Shown: positions 58,960 to 64,000 of the stretch, in pieces | Layout of the letters: each line of letters opens with the position of its first letter | How positions within the stretch are numbered: position 1 is the first letter of the stretch | Assembly (NCBI GenBank): GCA_964016885.1 | Contig: OZ024742.1 | Span: 144,770,001 to 144,834,000, forward strand | DNA: 64,000 nt | Reading direction: 5' to 3' | DNA from: Eledone cirrhosa | Lineage: Eukaryota | Notes under the pieces: generated by a model | What the model was told of the DNA's origin: nothing | The model's database searches: none | The model's input: the letters and a program-made list of their open reading frames with translations, nothing else | Made by a program: the position numbers and the translations under genes

Positions 58960-59985
58960 AAATTTTGAGTATATGCGGGTTGTTTACCGACACCTCAGTA
59001 TGCAGAGAGCACTCGACGAAGTACGCAGGTTGATTTGTTTACTCCGGAGTAATGTAAAATAATTAAGTCAAATATGTAAAATCTGGCTTCGTTTATTATA
59101 AATTATAGATATACTGCTATATATATATATTTCGGTGACAGCCATCATTGGCTGTGACCTCTTCGGGTAGTCCGAATTGGTGTGGAAAAGACAGGTACAC
59201 ATGTTGTTGAAGTGTATTTTACTCCGTCAATACATCGATATGTCCAGCTCCTGGTTGTGTTGTTATTCCTCTGAGGAACTGGAATCATATGGGTTAGAAC
59301 AAACGAATTTCGGCGTCATAGGACACGCTCGTATCCCATTGGTCAATTGTGAGAACATTCCTCAGTCAAAAGTCTATAGAAATGTTTCTGAGGCAAGTCA
59401 ATCTGTTATAATTGTTTTTGTCCGAATGTTTAAGTACAGCTGATCTCCTCCATTGTGTTGGTAGTGGTGTTAAGGAGTCAGCTGGCAGGTCTCCTTTAGT
59501 GTGTTGCTGCTATGTTCTGAAGAATTTATATGTGTAGGCTAGCATCTATCCTGCCACCATTTCACGTGGTGTGGGGTGCCAAAAAAATAAAAAATGCGTG
59601 TGTTACAACCATTGAAAGATTTGAAAAATATTAACTGAAATAGAAAACCTGTGTGTCAGAATCGAGACTCGTAAAGAATTACAATTCTTATTTTATCATC
59701 GAGTGGTGCGTTTTAAGAACAAATGAGGTAAAAGTGGTGTGTAAAACAGCAAAAACCTGTGTGTAAAAATCCGGAAATTCAAAGGACTACAGTTCCTATT
59801 TCAACATAAAGTACATATGCGTGTATGTCAACGCACATCGTTGCAAGCACATACGCACAAACACAGGCTCAGGTGCATTCCCATATTACGTCTGCACAGT
59901 CACACACTCGTATACATAATACCACCAGAAAATACATAATAAACGAAGCCAAATTTTACATATTTGACTTAATTATTTTATTTTA
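58960..59985 (-). mobile_element. Fold-back element with ~45-bp arms and ~95-nt tail
   Basis: aaaataattaagtcaaatatgtaaaat.tggcttcgtttatta at 59056 is inverted at 59937-59980. Confidence 0.55.
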
Positions 59986-60254
59986 TATATATATATATAT
60001 AGTAATAATATTAATGTGAAGACTAAAATCCAAAGAGGGCTCGATAAGGATAAATATATATCAAATATATAAGAACCTTAGAGCAAATATTTATTAAAAT
60101 AACAGATTAAAGTTTAAGCAATTTAATTCAATTTTATATCATTTTACAATTTGGTTTTGTAGATCTAGTAAGTTCTTTGTTAACTTCGGTGGGGAGATTT
60201 TTAAAGATTCCTGGTGAACTTTCCTAAAGAACTTTCTCGCATTCGTCGGTAGCG

Positions 60255-60345
<91 letters not shown>

Positions 60346-61129
60346 TTAGGGTAAACATTGATGCAATTCAATTCAAGCACTCAACGTACTTATTCCACAT
60401 AGGAGTGACGGAGTAATTATCGAATAAGGAAAAGCGAAGTAGTTTCAGATGTTCAAGTCGTTTAATAATAATGCTGTGATATATATTTCAATGGCGAAAG
60501 TGGCCACACTGTTCTGTCTGCGAGTGTCGTGACATCATCAGACAGCTTGTTACATAATAAAGTTGTTTCCGAGGCAATCCAAATTGAATCGACATGGGAA
60601 CGGATGAAGTATGTGCTTTTGGGTTCTTCATCCGTTCCCCTGCGAGTACCAATTCACCCCCACTGGTCTGCGCAAGCGCAGGTCCAGGGGGAAGTTGACC
60701 ATTAGCTACCGCAGATTTCAACGAAATTCGCTTAGTCAGTTCCCCCTCTCAGCCAAACAGTGACCCATTCAAGCTTGCACCGTAGTTTACTGCTACCCAT
60801 CCCCTCTGTGGCAGTCAGCCGAAGGCCGGTGGGGATGGGAGAGTGTTAGTATTTAAAGATCTCTTTACTACCTCTCACTAAGCATGGACAGTTTAACTGA
60901 CCATCAACCCCTAAGAGAATATATTTAATTCTATGTATCATAGTTTCATATTGGAAGTTATAAGTGAAATTAGAAATAAAAATTACAATTTGAAATCGAA
61001 AATCCTAAATCAAGTATCAGAATTTAGAAATTAAAAAATTAACAATTAGAAATTAAACAATTAACAAAATTCGATTCAATGTCGATTCAATTTGGATTGC
61101 CTCGGAAACATAACCTTATTATGTAACAA

Positions 61130-61203
61130 GCTGTCTGACGATGTCGCGAAACTGGCGCACAGAACAGTGTGGCCACTTTCGCCATTGAAATATATATCAC
61201 AGC
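61130..61203 (+). ncRNA. Type I hammerhead ribozyme with long stem II (AUC site, predicted cleavage after 61198); mirror copy at 60473-60546 (minus)
   Basis: gctgt-CTGACGA-tgtcgcgaaa..cgcac(agaaca)gtgtg..tttcgccatt-GAAA-tatata-TC-acagc. Confidence 0.8.
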
Positions 61204-61209
61204 ATTATT

Positions 61210-61312
61210 GCCGAGGTTGACTTTGCCTTTCATCCTTACGGGGTCGATAAAATAAAGTACCAGTAATGAACTGGGTAATTGCTGGCCTTGTGCCTAAAGT
61301 AGAAACAATTAT
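61210..61312 (+). mobile_element. 5'-truncated CORE-like SINE
   Basis: gccgaggttgactttgcctttcatcc...gtagaaacaa, flanked by attatt. Confidence 0.85.
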
Positions 61313-61392
61313 TATTAAACAACTTGAACATCTGAAACTACTTCGCTTTTCCTTATATATATATAACATATATATATATATATATATATATA

Positions 61393-64000
<2,608 letters not shown>

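Larger units (their letters stand above)
60346..61355 (-). mobile_element. Family K fold-back element, hammerhead in both arms, SINE nested in the right arm
   Basis: 60425-60595 is the inverse of 61080-61355 once the SINE is removed; ~80-nt tail at 60346-60424. Confidence 0.82.

Overview
Eukaryotic, AT-rich, microsatellite-saturated non-coding DNA. The SINE families and repeat landscape resemble an octopus (cephalopod) genome; this is inference. No intact host gene is visible, and almost all ORFs in the track are (TA)n/(CA)n/(GA)n artefacts. The window holds retroelement relics: L1/Tx1-like and RTE-like LINE fragments, tRNA-derived SINEs (including a head-to-tail array of four), a hAT-like MITE, a 20-bp minisatellite, and Penelope-like element (PLE) RT/GIY-YIG fragments of several distinct types. 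The main signal is a recurring architecture. About a dozen unrelated sequence families sit inside (TA)n tracts as fold-back (inverted) insertions. In multi-copy families the short arm ends at a fixed point and the long arm carries an extra ~35-150 nt tail. Many carry a type I hammerhead ribozyme core (CUGANGA...GAAA...UH) with a palindromic stem III. I read about 15 such cores by eye. Two fold-backs enclose uninterrupted GIY-YIG reading frames, one of which the ORF track misses. Coordinates were counted by hand; element boundaries are approximate.
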